Made by a program: the position numbers and the translations under genes. A stretch of 64,000 bases of DNA from an uncultured delta proteobacterium (GTDB lineage Bacteria; Desulfobacterota; Binatia; Bin18): NCBI GenBank assembly GCA_963733195.1, contig CAVTCR010000081.1, positions 96,001 to 160,000 of the forward strand, in the 5' to 3' direction. The notes under the pieces were generated by a model, which made no database searches, was not told the origin of the DNA, and saw only the letters and a program-made list of their open reading frames with translations. This document shows, piece by piece, positions 30,490 through 39,560 of this stretch (positions are counted from its first letter, which is position 1; the number at the start of each line of letters is the position of its first letter).

Positions 30490-30542
30490 GAAGCGCTGTC
30501 CTTTTCTCAACTACGCCCCAGGAATTCTCACAAAGAGGTATT

Positions 30543-31256
30543 TTATACTGTCCTGGCCAAGTGCCGCGTTTCGATAGTAGGAGAGGCAATCGGTGACCGC
30601 GCAATCAGTACCTGATCAGCCATACCAACAAACAGTCCGTGACCAACGATACCGGGCAAAGCATTGAGTTGTTGATCAAGTTGAACCGCGTCAGGAATCG
30701 CATCGAACTTCACGTCCAGAATCGGATGACCAAGGTCGGAAATCACCGGTCCCAGTTTACCATTGCTTGAACGGATCTGTGGATGCCCACCGAACTCGCG
30801 TAATTTCTTCATCACAAACGCCAGTGCCGGAGTAATAACTTCCACTGGAACCGCAGTGCGCGCACCCAGCACCTGAACAGATTTGGTCTCGTCAGCGACA
30901 ACCACAAATTGTTTTGCCATCGCTGCAATGAGCTTTTCCATCACATGCGCACCGCCCCCGCCTTTAATCAGGTTCCCGGCAGGGTCGATTTCATCAGCAC
31001 CATCGACCGTAATATCAACACTCTCCACACCCATCGGATCAAGTAGAGGCACTCCCGACTCTTTGGCTAAGAAGTGCGATTGGTACGAGGTGGGAACCCC
31101 GACGACATGAAACTGACCAGAACGCACCCGTATCCCCAGTTCTTGGATGAAGTACAACAACGTCGAGCCAGACCCAAGTCCAACTACAGCGTTGTTTGGG
31201 ATGAGGTCAAGCGCTGCAAGCGCTGCGGCTTTTTTTAGTGCGTCCACGTCACCCAT
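30543..31256 (-). CDS. rpiA: Ribose-5-phosphate isomerase A
   Basis: VGLGSGST, VDGADEID, LIKGGGGA, EK motifs. Confidence 0.95.
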   Translation of the reverse strand: MGDVDALKKAAALAALDLIPNNAVVGLGSGSTLLYFIQELGIRVRSGQFHVVGVPTSYQSHFLAKESGVPLLDPMGVESVDITVDGADEIDPAGNLIKGGGGAHVMEKLIAAMAKQFVVVADETKSVQVLGARTAVPVEVITPALAFVMKKLREFGGHPQIRSSNGKLGPVISDLGHPILDVKFDAIPDAVQLDQQLNALPGIVGHGLFVGMADQVLIARSPIASPTIETRHLARTV

Positions 31257-31418
31257 ACTCTTTGTCCCCCATTTCCGTACATTGTAGCAATGTTTCTGAA
31301 CGCCAGCAGAAACACAAGGGCTGGTAGGTCAGAGGGTAGGTGAGGCCCTATATCTAGCGTGCGGCGAGGAAGTGGTGTAAACACAGGGCACGAGAGCGTG
31401 CAAACAGGGAGGTGGAGG

Positions 31419-32435
31419 ATGCGCATTGTGCTTGATCCATGGGGTGGCGACTACGGCAGCCAAATTTCCACTCCCTATGAAGCTGATACGGAGGAGGTAT
31501 CGGTTCGGGCACTCGATGAAGAAGGGGAGCAGTGTCCCTGGAAGCCGATTGTCCCGGCTCCTATCTCATCACCAATAGAAACGGTAGTCGTTGATGGTGT
31601 TATGCGTAGCGATGCATTCGGTATGGTCGAAGACGAAGAGCGACGTGCGCTGGCGTTGTTTGGCTCGTTTGCTGCGGGTGCGGTTTCCATTAACGCCCAC
31701 GTGCGCATTGTCCAAGAACGCATCGTCCGTCTCTTCATTACCGGTGGGAATTGGCTGACACCAGAGAACGTCGATGTTCCGGTTGGGAGAGGCGGCAACC
31801 TGTGTTACCACGGGTTCAGTACCAAAGATGAAACCTATGAAGACCTCCGGGAAGCGTTGGTGAATGAGATGCGGCGGGCGGAAGCGCAGGTCGCTGAAAC
31901 GCTGACCAGTGCCGACAGCTTGGTCCTTGCAGACGGAAGCCTGAAATTTTTCGGCGGAGCATCTTCTGTTGTCGGGGTGATTAAAACCATTCACAAACTC
32001 TACCTTCCGCCCAAACGGACCTCACTGCTCGGACGATTACAGCCAGGCCAGCGCACGCCATTTTTTTGTATCGAGAGTAAACGCAAAAACACCGGGTATC
32101 GCATGTTGACCTGCTATCTGCGCTTGGTGGAGGCGCAGCCAATTGAACTTCCCTTTGCCGGCTTAGTCCGTTTGGAGGTGAATCCCTCGCAACGCGATGG
32201 CTGCAATGTGTCGGAAGTGTTCGATCAAGCAGCCGTGAAGGTTCGTGCATTAGCGTCCCGAGCGCCGAAAGATCCACGCGCGCCGCAAAATCTGATTCCC
32301 ATAGGCGGGCTGGAGCGACGGTTACGTCACCAGTTAGGGGACGCACAATTAGTGCTACGCGGCATTAGGCAGAAATTACGAATGATGCACCAAGACAGTG
32401 GACTGACAATCCCGGTTGGTGGATTGGAGGAATAA
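31419..32435 (+). CDS. nurA: NurA-like nuclease
   Basis: VVDGV and LADGSL acidic motifs, GVIKT, GQRTPFF, DPRAPQNLIPIGGLERRLRH; directly upstream of herA. Confidence 0.78.
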   Translation: MRIVLDPWGGDYGSQISTPYEADTEEVSVRALDEEGEQCPWKPIVPAPISSPIETVVVDGVMRSDAFGMVEDEERRALALFGSFAAGAVSINAHVRIVQERIVRLFITGGNWLTPENVDVPVGRGGNLCYHGFSTKDETYEDLREALVNEMRRAEAQVAETLTSADSLVLADGSLKFFGGASSVVGVIKTIHKLYLPPKRTSLLGRLQPGQRTPFFCIESKRKNTGYRMLTCYLRLVEAQPIELPFAGLVRLEVNPSQRDGCNVSEVFDQAAVKVRALASRAPKDPRAPQNLIPIGGLERRLRHQLGDAQLVLRGIRQKLRMMHQDSGLTIPVGGLEE

Positions 32436-34144
32436 TGGGAAAAGTCATCGGCACACAGGATGCAACCCCGCTAGAATTTTGGGTGTTGTTGGACGAGACC
32501 GAACCCGTACAGCAAGACGAGATGATCGTGGTCGAGACCAATTCTCCGGTTGGTCCGGTGAAGTTGTTTGGCATGGTGGACATCATTCGTTCCCGACACC
32601 AGGGCTCGACCTTTGATTCTGATGTGGTGGAAGCCGAGCGCGGGCTGCCCGTTGAACTTTCGATCGCCGCCCATGTGCGCGTGACCCGGCTTGATCCTGA
32701 GTATTACTATCCGCCGCTGCCGGGTGATCAGGTCCGCGTGGTCAGTGGTGAAGAGTATGCCAAGGCGCTGTTCATGGACAAGATGGAACGGAAGTTCCCA
32801 CTCGGGCTTGCGCTCTCGCGCAAAGAAGTGGTGTACGGTAATCTCGACTTCCTCAACGGCCGCAAAGGCGCGCATATCAACATTAGTGGCGTTTCTGGCA
32901 TTGCTACGAAAACCACCTACACAACCTTTTTGTTGCACAGTTTGTTAAATTGTGGCGCATTCGATGACCCGGCCAATACGCACGCCATTATCTTCAACGT
33001 GAAGAATGAAGACCTGTTGTTTCTCGATAAACGCAACAACCAGTTAAGCCCTGGCGATATGGCGGAATATGAAATGATGGGATTGCCTGCCGAGGCATTT
33101 GACTCGGTGCAGTTCTACGTCCCACCAGTGGACAATGGCAACGGCCCGATCCAGCCACGTATTGGTGCACGCAAAGCGGATGAGGTGACGCCCTATTTCT
33201 GGACAGTGCGCAGTTTCTGTAGAGATCGCCTGCTGCGCTACTTGTTTACCGATGCGAGCGAGGACTCTTCTCTACTTTCGACCTTGGTGTATCAAGTTGA
33301 GCGGAAATTGAGTGAAGCTGCAGAAGAGGCAGAGAAAGTTGGACCTGGACCAGGCGTGTTTTTGTCCTTGGGAAAAAGAGGCAAAGGGAAGAGAGAAGAG
33401 GACGAAGAGGATGAGGTCCAACCACCACAAGAAATTCGAGATTTCCGTTCGCTGATTGGCGGGATTGAGACTATTGCCTCGTCCACCAATCAAGCTGCTG
33501 GCACCGTTGGTGCGTTCATGCGTCGGCTCTATGGCACTGAAGACAAGATGTCGTCGGTCATCCGTGACCCGAGCGATGCTGATCCCACGCGACACATGAT
33601 TAACTGGCGCGCGAAACAGGTCACGGTCGTGAGTCTGACTGGACTCTACGAAGTCGGCAAAGGTTTTGTGGTGGGGTCGGTGCTGCAGCAGATTCAAGAA
33701 GAGAAAGAAGCAACGGGTAAGGCAGAGCCACTGTGTTTTATTGTTGTCGATGAACTCAATCGTTACGCGCCACGTGATGGCTGGTCACCAATTCGTGAGC
33801 GGTTACTCGAAATTGCCGAACGCGGGCGTTCGAGCGGCACGATCTTGATTGGCGCGCAGCAAACGGCCTCAGAAGTCGAACGCCGCATCGTGGCGAATCC
33901 CGCATTTCGTATCGTCGGCCGCCTTGATGCAGCAGAGGCGGAGCGTGCGGAGTACGGGTTTTTACCACCGACTTTACGTCAGCGCGCAAAGATTCTCACG
34001 TCTGGACGGATGATCGTGTCACAGCCAGATATTCCGACTCCTGTTCCTGTTTGTTTTCCCATGCCTGCGTGGGCGACACGGGCGGAAGAGGTGGAGAGTC
34101 AGCCACCAAACTTAAAGTTAGCGAAGGTGAGACGCAGTTCATGA
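32435..34144 (+). CDS. herA: HerA-family ATPase/helicase (HAS barrel plus ATPase)
   Basis: N-term GKVIGTQDATPLEFWV; variant Walker A ISGVSGIATKT; IVVDELNRYAP; AERGRS arginine finger; LIGAQQ. Confidence 0.85.
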   Translation: MGKVIGTQDATPLEFWVLLDETEPVQQDEMIVVETNSPVGPVKLFGMVDIIRSRHQGSTFDSDVVEAERGLPVELSIAAHVRVTRLDPEYYYPPLPGDQVRVVSGEEYAKALFMDKMERKFPLGLALSRKEVVYGNLDFLNGRKGAHINISGVSGIATKTTYTTFLLHSLLNCGAFDDPANTHAIIFNVKNEDLLFLDKRNNQLSPGDMAEYEMMGLPAEAFDSVQFYVPPVDNGNGPIQPRIGARKADEVTPYFWTVRSFCRDRLLRYLFTDASEDSSLLSTLVYQVERKLSEAAEEAEKVGPGPGVFLSLGKRGKGKREEDEEDEVQPPQEIRDFRSLIGGIETIASSTNQAAGTVGAFMRRLYGTEDKMSSVIRDPSDADPTRHMINWRAKQVTVVSLTGLYEVGKGFVVGSVLQQIQEEKEATGKAEPLCFIVVDELNRYAPRDGWSPIRERLLEIAERGRSSGTILIGAQQTASEVERRIVANPAFRIVGRLDAAEAERAEYGFLPPTLRQRAKILTSGRMIVSQPDIPTPVPVCFPMPAWATRAEEVESQPPNLKLAKVRRSS

Positions 34145-35322
34145 GATTCCTTCACACCTCCGACTGGCATGTCGGCCGCACGATTCGCAACCGTTCGCGA
34201 ATCGAGGAGCACCAGGCCGTGTTTGCCGAAATTATTGATATTGCCAAACACGAACAGGTCGATGCCGTACTTATTACTGGTGATGTTTTTCATGAACGTC
34301 GTCCGCCGCTTGAGGCTGAAGAACTGGTAGCGCAGACGTTAGCTGACCTCGCCCGTGCGCAGATTCCCTCGGTCATGATTCCTGGGAATCATGATGATCC
34401 CTATCGCTTGCGAACCCTCAAACCATTAGGCGACTTGGTCCAGGTCCACGTCGTTACGGACTTTAATGGTGATGTCTCGTCGCTAGTCGTACCAATCCAC
34501 TCTCGCGATGGCAAAGAAAAAGCACTGGTTGGTTGCCTACCATACTTATCGCCTCACTCGGTGTTAACCGCAGCAGAAGGTGTCGGAGCCTCAGAGGATG
34601 TTCGTCTTGCCACCTATCAGAGCAAAGTGCAGGATTATTTTCGTGCCTTGGAAGAGGCCATGAAACGGCAAGATCGTAATGCTGTGACCATAGTCCTTGC
34701 TCATGCGCATCTTGCTGAGTGTGAATTCGGTGGCGGTGAGTGGCGGTCGAGTGTCTATCCGGTCAGTGCTCGGTTTCTTCCAGCGCATGTACAATATGTC
34801 GCATTAGGGCACATGCATAAACCGCAAGTGATTCCTGGTGCCAGTGCACAGGCACGCTATGCGGGTTCGATCTTGCAGATGGACTTCGGTGAACGAGATC
34901 AAAAGAAGAGCGTCTGCCTTATTGAGGCGCATCCTAACAAACCAGCAACGGTTACTCCCATTGAACTGAGTGCTGGTAAATGGCTTCTCCGCCGCACTGG
35001 CACTGCCGAAGCGATTCTCGCACAAGCAAATGAGTTCAGCGATGCGTGGGTGGAGGTCGTACTCCAGCCTGACAAGCATACATTCGAACTTGCGGAACAG
35101 GTGCGAACCTTGCCTGGTGTTATTGCTATGCGCTTTGAGGAGGTGCAAGCCACGAGCGTGGGAAACGGAGAAGCAGGGAAACGGGGAAACGGTAACAAGC
35201 CAGCAGCCGAACTCTTTGCTGAATACTACAAAACCAAACGCAAAGCTGACCCCGATCCGCAGTTAATGGCATTGTTTGACCGACTGTATCAAGAGGAAAG
35301 CACGGCGAAGGATGAGGCATAA
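34141..35322 (+). CDS. sbcD: SbcD/Mre11 metallophosphoesterase nuclease
   Basis: HTSDWH, GDVF, PGNHD, ALGHMH, RYAGS motifs; ATGA overlap with herA. Confidence 0.93.
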   Translation: MRFLHTSDWHVGRTIRNRSRIEEHQAVFAEIIDIAKHEQVDAVLITGDVFHERRPPLEAEELVAQTLADLARAQIPSVMIPGNHDDPYRLRTLKPLGDLVQVHVVTDFNGDVSSLVVPIHSRDGKEKALVGCLPYLSPHSVLTAAEGVGASEDVRLATYQSKVQDYFRALEEAMKRQDRNAVTIVLAHAHLAECEFGGGEWRSSVYPVSARFLPAHVQYVALGHMHKPQVIPGASAQARYAGSILQMDFGERDQKKSVCLIEAHPNKPATVTPIELSAGKWLLRRTGTAEAILAQANEFSDAWVEVVLQPDKHTFELAEQVRTLPGVIAMRFEEVQATSVGNGEAGKRGNGNKPAAELFAEYYKTKRKADPDPQLMALFDRLYQEESTAKDEA

Positions 35323-35391
35323 TGCGTGAAACGTAATGCGTAAAGCGTAAAAATTTGCTGCCCTTTTATTATCCAACCTCCCAAACCACAT

Positions 35392-38300
35392 ATGCGCCCA
35401 CAAAAACTTACACTCAAAAACTTCATGCCTTTTCGAACCGCCAGTGGCGAAGAGCATGTCGTCGATTTTTCTAATCTCGATCTCTTTGCTATCACCGGCC
35501 CGATGGCAAGTGGGAAGTCTTCCCTGATCGATGCCATTGTTTGGTGTTTGTACGGACGTACTGCTCGTTATGGTGCAGATTCCAAAGGTGTGATCTCTGC
35601 CGGGGAAGGGCTGTGTGAAGTCGCGTTCGATTTTACTGTCGGTGATCGGTGGTTTCGTGCGGTGCGACGCACCGGTAAAACGACGGAATCCGGATTGAGT
35701 GAACGTGAAGGCGAAGAATGGATTCAGGACGAATCAGGGTCAGAGCGGCTCACTGCACGCGTCGAAGAGCTGTTGGGTATCGATTTTGATGGCTTCACCA
35801 AAACGGTCATTTTACCTCAAGGTCGATATGCCGAGTTCTTGAGCAGCAAGCCAAGTGACCGTCGTGAATTATTGGCCAGTATTCTTGAACTCGGTGTTTA
35901 TACTCGCGTGTCTGAGCGTGCGCGAGAAGTCGCTGGACAAGCAAAAGCACGGTCTGACGCTCTACGTGAAACGCTCTCTCAATATACTGGTGTTAGTCGC
36001 GAGCGACTTGAACAGCAACGGCAGGACCTTGTGACGCTTGAACGACAACTGGCAGAAACGACCAACCGAGAAGCTGTCTTTCAGACATTAATGCAAAATG
36101 TAGATGGCCTGACGATACTCATCCGCCGTGAGGCAGAACTGCGCACCGAAGAGCAAACGCGCACGAACGAAAGAACGCAAGCGGTACGAACGCTCACAGA
36201 AGCAGAAGCGCAACTCCAGTCACTTACCCAGAAGCTCGCACAGATTACGACAAATCGCGATGCGCTTGGCTATGACGCCACCCGCCATGACATTCTTCGA
36301 CGGGCGGTGGGACATCTGCGCGAGTATCACTCGGCGCGACACGAAGCTGAGCGTAAACAACAAGAATTAGGGTCGCTTCAGAAAGACATTGATGCGCTTG
36401 CCCAACGCCTCGTGATAAAAGAACAAGAAGTGACTACCATGCAACAGGAGTATCACGTCCATGCGACTGCTCTACAGGCAGAGATTACGCAGGGTGGCGA
36501 CATTGCCGTCTTGACAGAGAAGTTGTCACAGGCAACGCAGTGGAAAAAATTGCAACACGAGCAACACCGACTGCAGGCACAACACCAAAAGCAAGGTGAG
36601 AAGTTGGCCCAGGTTCAGCAGTCGCTCACTCAGTGCGTTCAACGGGAAGAAGCAAAAGACCAGGGGCTCCGCGCATTACAGCAACAGCGTGAGCGATTAC
36701 GTGAAGAAGAACAAGAAAAAGCGCGCTTAGAGGACGAAGCAAAAGCGCTTGGGAAAGAGTTGCAAGAGGCAGTCCGTGAAGAAAAACGACTCACCAAAGA
36801 ATGTGAAGATGCGCGTGCTGCTGTACTTATTGCAGAGCAAGAACTACAGCAGCAGCAGGACACCCTTACGCGGGCCGAGCAACATGAGAAAGACGCGCTC
36901 CGCGGGTTGGAGGAGACACGTCGCCAATACGAAGTCGAACATTTGCGTGCCTCGTTGCATGTCGGTGAGGCATGTCCTGTTTGTGAAGTAAAGGTGCAAC
37001 GCGTACCAGAAGTGTCCGAGTTAGCGATGGGAGATCTTGCAACCCTCCAACGGTCAGTGGACACCTCCAAAGCTACGGCACAGAGCGTACGTCAGGCGTT
37101 GCAAAAAGCCCACGCGACTGTCGCTGCCGCGACGACCAAGAAAGAGTCTGCGGAGCAAGAGTTGACTGTACGCGAACAGAAACGACGCGAAGCGCAGGAA
37201 CGATTTGTCAGTCGGTTTCCTGGATTTGCATCACTTGCTACTGCGCTCAGCGGTGTGCAACAACAGCGACAAGCTTTGGCAACTGCAGTCAAAGAGGCTG
37301 AAGCAAAAGCTCAAGTGACGGAAAAAGAAAAACTTGCTTTAACCCGGCAACGAGAACAGGAACAAAAGGAAGAGGCAACTCTGCAGGAAGCTATACGCAG
37401 TCTGACGGCGCAACTGGAAACGAACACCGCTCACATTGCCGAGCTTACTCAAGCACTCGCTGCATTCATCAAGACTGGTGAGGATCCGGAGTCCACGCTG
37501 ACCGCACGACGGCAACGGCTCGCGCAGCTTGAACAACAAGTGAAAGCGGCAGAGCAACAGCAGCGTGCGCTGGAATCGGCAATGGCAACAGAAAAGACCA
37601 ACAAAGTGCAAAAGGAAGGGACTGCTGGTATTCTAGCTTCTCAGCTAGAGGCGGCTGAACAACACGCACACCGTGAGGCGCACGCAGTGCGCGAAAATCT
37701 CACTCTTCCTGTTGACGCGATTTTGCCGGAACTGGCCACGCTCGATGGCGAACTGACTGGACTGACACAGAAACAACAACAGCATGCGGTTTTCCAGCAG
37801 CAAGAAAAAGCGCTGCTGGACGAACAAGGAAAACAGGACCGTCTCGTGACGAGGCTCCGTGCTGATTTGCAAGCCCGAGAGCGTGCATTAGCAGAAACAC
37901 AGCAAAGTGTTACGAAATGTGAGCAAGAACGGATACAAGCGCAGCAGGATTTGCGGACGGAAGTGCAAAAGGCTGGTTTGTCGGATATCGGTGAAGACGG
38001 ACAAGGGTTGAAAGAACAGCTTGCGAGCATTCATGCACAAGGAATCTCCATCCGTGAACGTCGCAGCCGATTAGAAGCTGAGATGTCCGAACTCGAACGG
38101 CGATGTACAGAAAAGGGACAGGAAGAAGAAAAACTGCGCGCCGCAGATACCGAAGGTCAGTTGGCGACCGACCTGCACAAGCTGTTGGGGTCAGAGTTTA
38201 CCGACTTCCTGTCACAAGAAGCAGTAGAAGCGTTGATGCGTGATGCGACCCTGCATCTACAACGACTCACGCATGGTCGTTACTCTTTTAACATCGCCTA

Positions 38301-38676
38301 TAAACGCCGGGCGATTGAGCTGCTAATCATCGATCATGAAGACAACAAGCGCGAGCGACCGACGCATTCACTCTCGGGCGGAGAAACGTTCCTAGCCTCG
38401 TTAGCGATAGCGCTGGCGCTCTCACAAGGCTTCCGTGAACTCGCCACCGGCAAAGCTGCCCGCACTTCGACCGAATGCCTCATTCTGGACGAAGGTTTTG
38501 GGACGCTCGATCGTGAAGGCGTACAACTTGTGACTGAAACGCTGCAAGAGTTGCGTGGCGAAGAAGGCCGCATGGTCGGCATTATTACCCACGTCGAGGA
38601 AGTTGCCGCTGCTATGCCCATGCGTATCGAAGTGCGGAAGGGAAATCGCAGTAGTGTGATTGCGGTGACCGGGTAG
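35392..38676 (+). CDS. sbcC: SbcC/Rad50 SMC-family ATPase
   Basis: Walker A GPMASGKS, Q-loop LPQG, long coiled coil with CPVC zinc hook, LSGGE signature, LILDEGFG, IITH. Confidence 0.95.
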   Translation: MRPQKLTLKNFMPFRTASGEEHVVDFSNLDLFAITGPMASGKSSLIDAIVWCLYGRTARYGADSKGVISAGEGLCEVAFDFTVGDRWFRAVRRTGKTTESGLSEREGEEWIQDESGSERLTARVEELLGIDFDGFTKTVILPQGRYAEFLSSKPSDRRELLASILELGVYTRVSERAREVAGQAKARSDALRETLSQYTGVSRERLEQQRQDLVTLERQLAETTNREAVFQTLMQNVDGLTILIRREAELRTEEQTRTNERTQAVRTLTEAEAQLQSLTQKLAQITTNRDALGYDATRHDILRRAVGHLREYHSARHEAERKQQELGSLQKDIDALAQRLVIKEQEVTTMQQEYHVHATALQAEITQGGDIAVLTEKLSQATQWKKLQHEQHRLQAQHQKQGEKLAQVQQSLTQCVQREEAKDQGLRALQQQRERLREEEQEKARLEDEAKALGKELQEAVREEKRLTKECEDARAAVLIAEQELQQQQDTLTRAEQHEKDALRGLEETRRQYEVEHLRASLHVGEACPVCEVKVQRVPEVSELAMGDLATLQRSVDTSKATAQSVRQALQKAHATVAAATTKKESAEQELTVREQKRREAQERFVSRFPGFASLATALSGVQQQRQALATAVKEAEAKAQVTEKEKLALTRQREQEQKEEATLQEAIRSLTAQLETNTAHIAELTQALAAFIKTGEDPESTLTARRQRLAQLEQQVKAAEQQQRALESAMATEKTNKVQKEGTAGILASQLEAAEQHAHREAHAVRENLTLPVDAILPELATLDGELTGLTQKQQQHAVFQQQEKALLDEQGKQDRLVTRLRADLQARERALAETQQSVTKCEQERIQAQQDLRTEVQKAGLSDIGEDGQGLKEQLASIHAQGISIRERRSRLEAEMSELERRCTEKGQEEEKLRAADTEGQLATDLHKLLGSEFTDFLSQEAVEALMRDATLHLQRLTHGRYSFNIAYKRRAIELLIIDHEDNKRERPTHSLSGGETFLASLAIALALSQGFRELATGKAARTSTECLILDEGFGTLDREGVQLVTETLQELRGEEGRMVGIITHVEEVAAAMPMRIEVRKGNRSSVIAVTG

Positions 38677-38712
38677 CGATACTTTCCGTGGTGCTCCTTC
38701 GGTATAGTCACG

Positions 38713-39003
38713 ATGTGGTTAAAAAAGCTTATCGTGAAAGATTTTATCGAAGAGAAATTATGGGAGAAACATCAGGTTACTCGCGGCGAAGTAGAAGAAT
38801 GTCTGGTTAATCGTCGAAGTATACGACTTCGGCATAAACGAAATCCTGTTAGACTTATTGTTCTTGGAGTGACGCAGGGCGGAAGACTTTTGAAAATTAT
38901 CCTAGAATTTCAAGGACGGGGGCAGTACTTTCTTGTAACTGCCATGAACATGGAACCTGAAGAAAGAAAGCAGTATGGGAAAAAAGTTAAAGGGCATTCC
39001 TAA
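38713..39003 (+). CDS. BrnT-like toxin
   Basis: EKLWEKHQVTRGEVEE...LGVTQGGRLL...LVTAMNMEPEERKQY matches the BrnT/DUF497 pattern. Confidence 0.72.
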   Translation: MWLKKLIVKDFIEEKLWEKHQVTRGEVEECLVNRRSIRLRHKRNPVRLIVLGVTQGGRLLKIILEFQGRGQYFLVTAMNMEPEERKQYGKKVKGHS

Positions 39004-39178
39004 ATTTGCTTCTTGGGAAGAAGAAGATGAATTTTGGTCCACCCATAGTGTAACCGAGCTCGACTTAGAAGAAGACCCAACCCCCCTTATTGTCGAGTCA
39101 GGAGCATTGCGTACAGTAAAGATCATTACCGTCCCGAACCCTCGTGCGGTGCGCGTATGGAAAAGAAAAGCGGCATAA
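38975..39178 (+). CDS. CopG/BrnA-like antitoxin
   Basis: IPKFASWEEEDEFWSTHSVTE motif; overlaps the toxin. Confidence 0.72.
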   Translation: MGKKLKGIPKFASWEEEDEFWSTHSVTELDLEEDPTPLIVESGALRTVKIITVPNPRAVRVWKRKAA

Positions 39179-39345
39179 TCGTGACCCGCGAAGGGCTTTT
39201 TATTCCTGCCCGTTACTTTGAGCAGATGGCTCAGCAGCTTGAAATAGTCCTTGCTGCCGAAGAGATAAAAATACGATCGTCAGCGAAGAAAGAATCGGCA
39301 ACCCGAAGACGGGAGGTCAAGCGAAAACCCGCCAAGGCGAACTGA
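39157..39345 (+). CDS. Small hypothetical protein, possible AbrB-like third component
   Basis: GIIVTREGLFIP beta pattern; overlaps the antitoxin stop. Confidence 0.45.
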   Translation: MEKKSGIIVTREGLFIPARYFEQMAQQLEIVLAAEEIKIRSSAKKESATRRREVKRKPAKAN

Positions 39346-39560
39346 TCAGCGTTGTATGAGAGATTCTTCGCTTCGCTTAGAATGATAACGCCAGACGGCT
39401 CTGGTTATTTGGAGAGATTCTTCGAGCATCTGCAGAGCCTCTCCTCCGGGCGAACACATAGAAATGGGTGTTTCCTTGCACAGATCACTGCACTCCACTT
39501 AAACTCCAGACAAACGATGTGAGCCACTAAGGGTGTGACGAATCGAGGGGAACGAGACGG

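Noticed and set aside
36000-38150. Low-complexity Gln/Glu/Ala-rich repeats
   Set aside because: Normal coiled-coil arms of SbcC/Rad50
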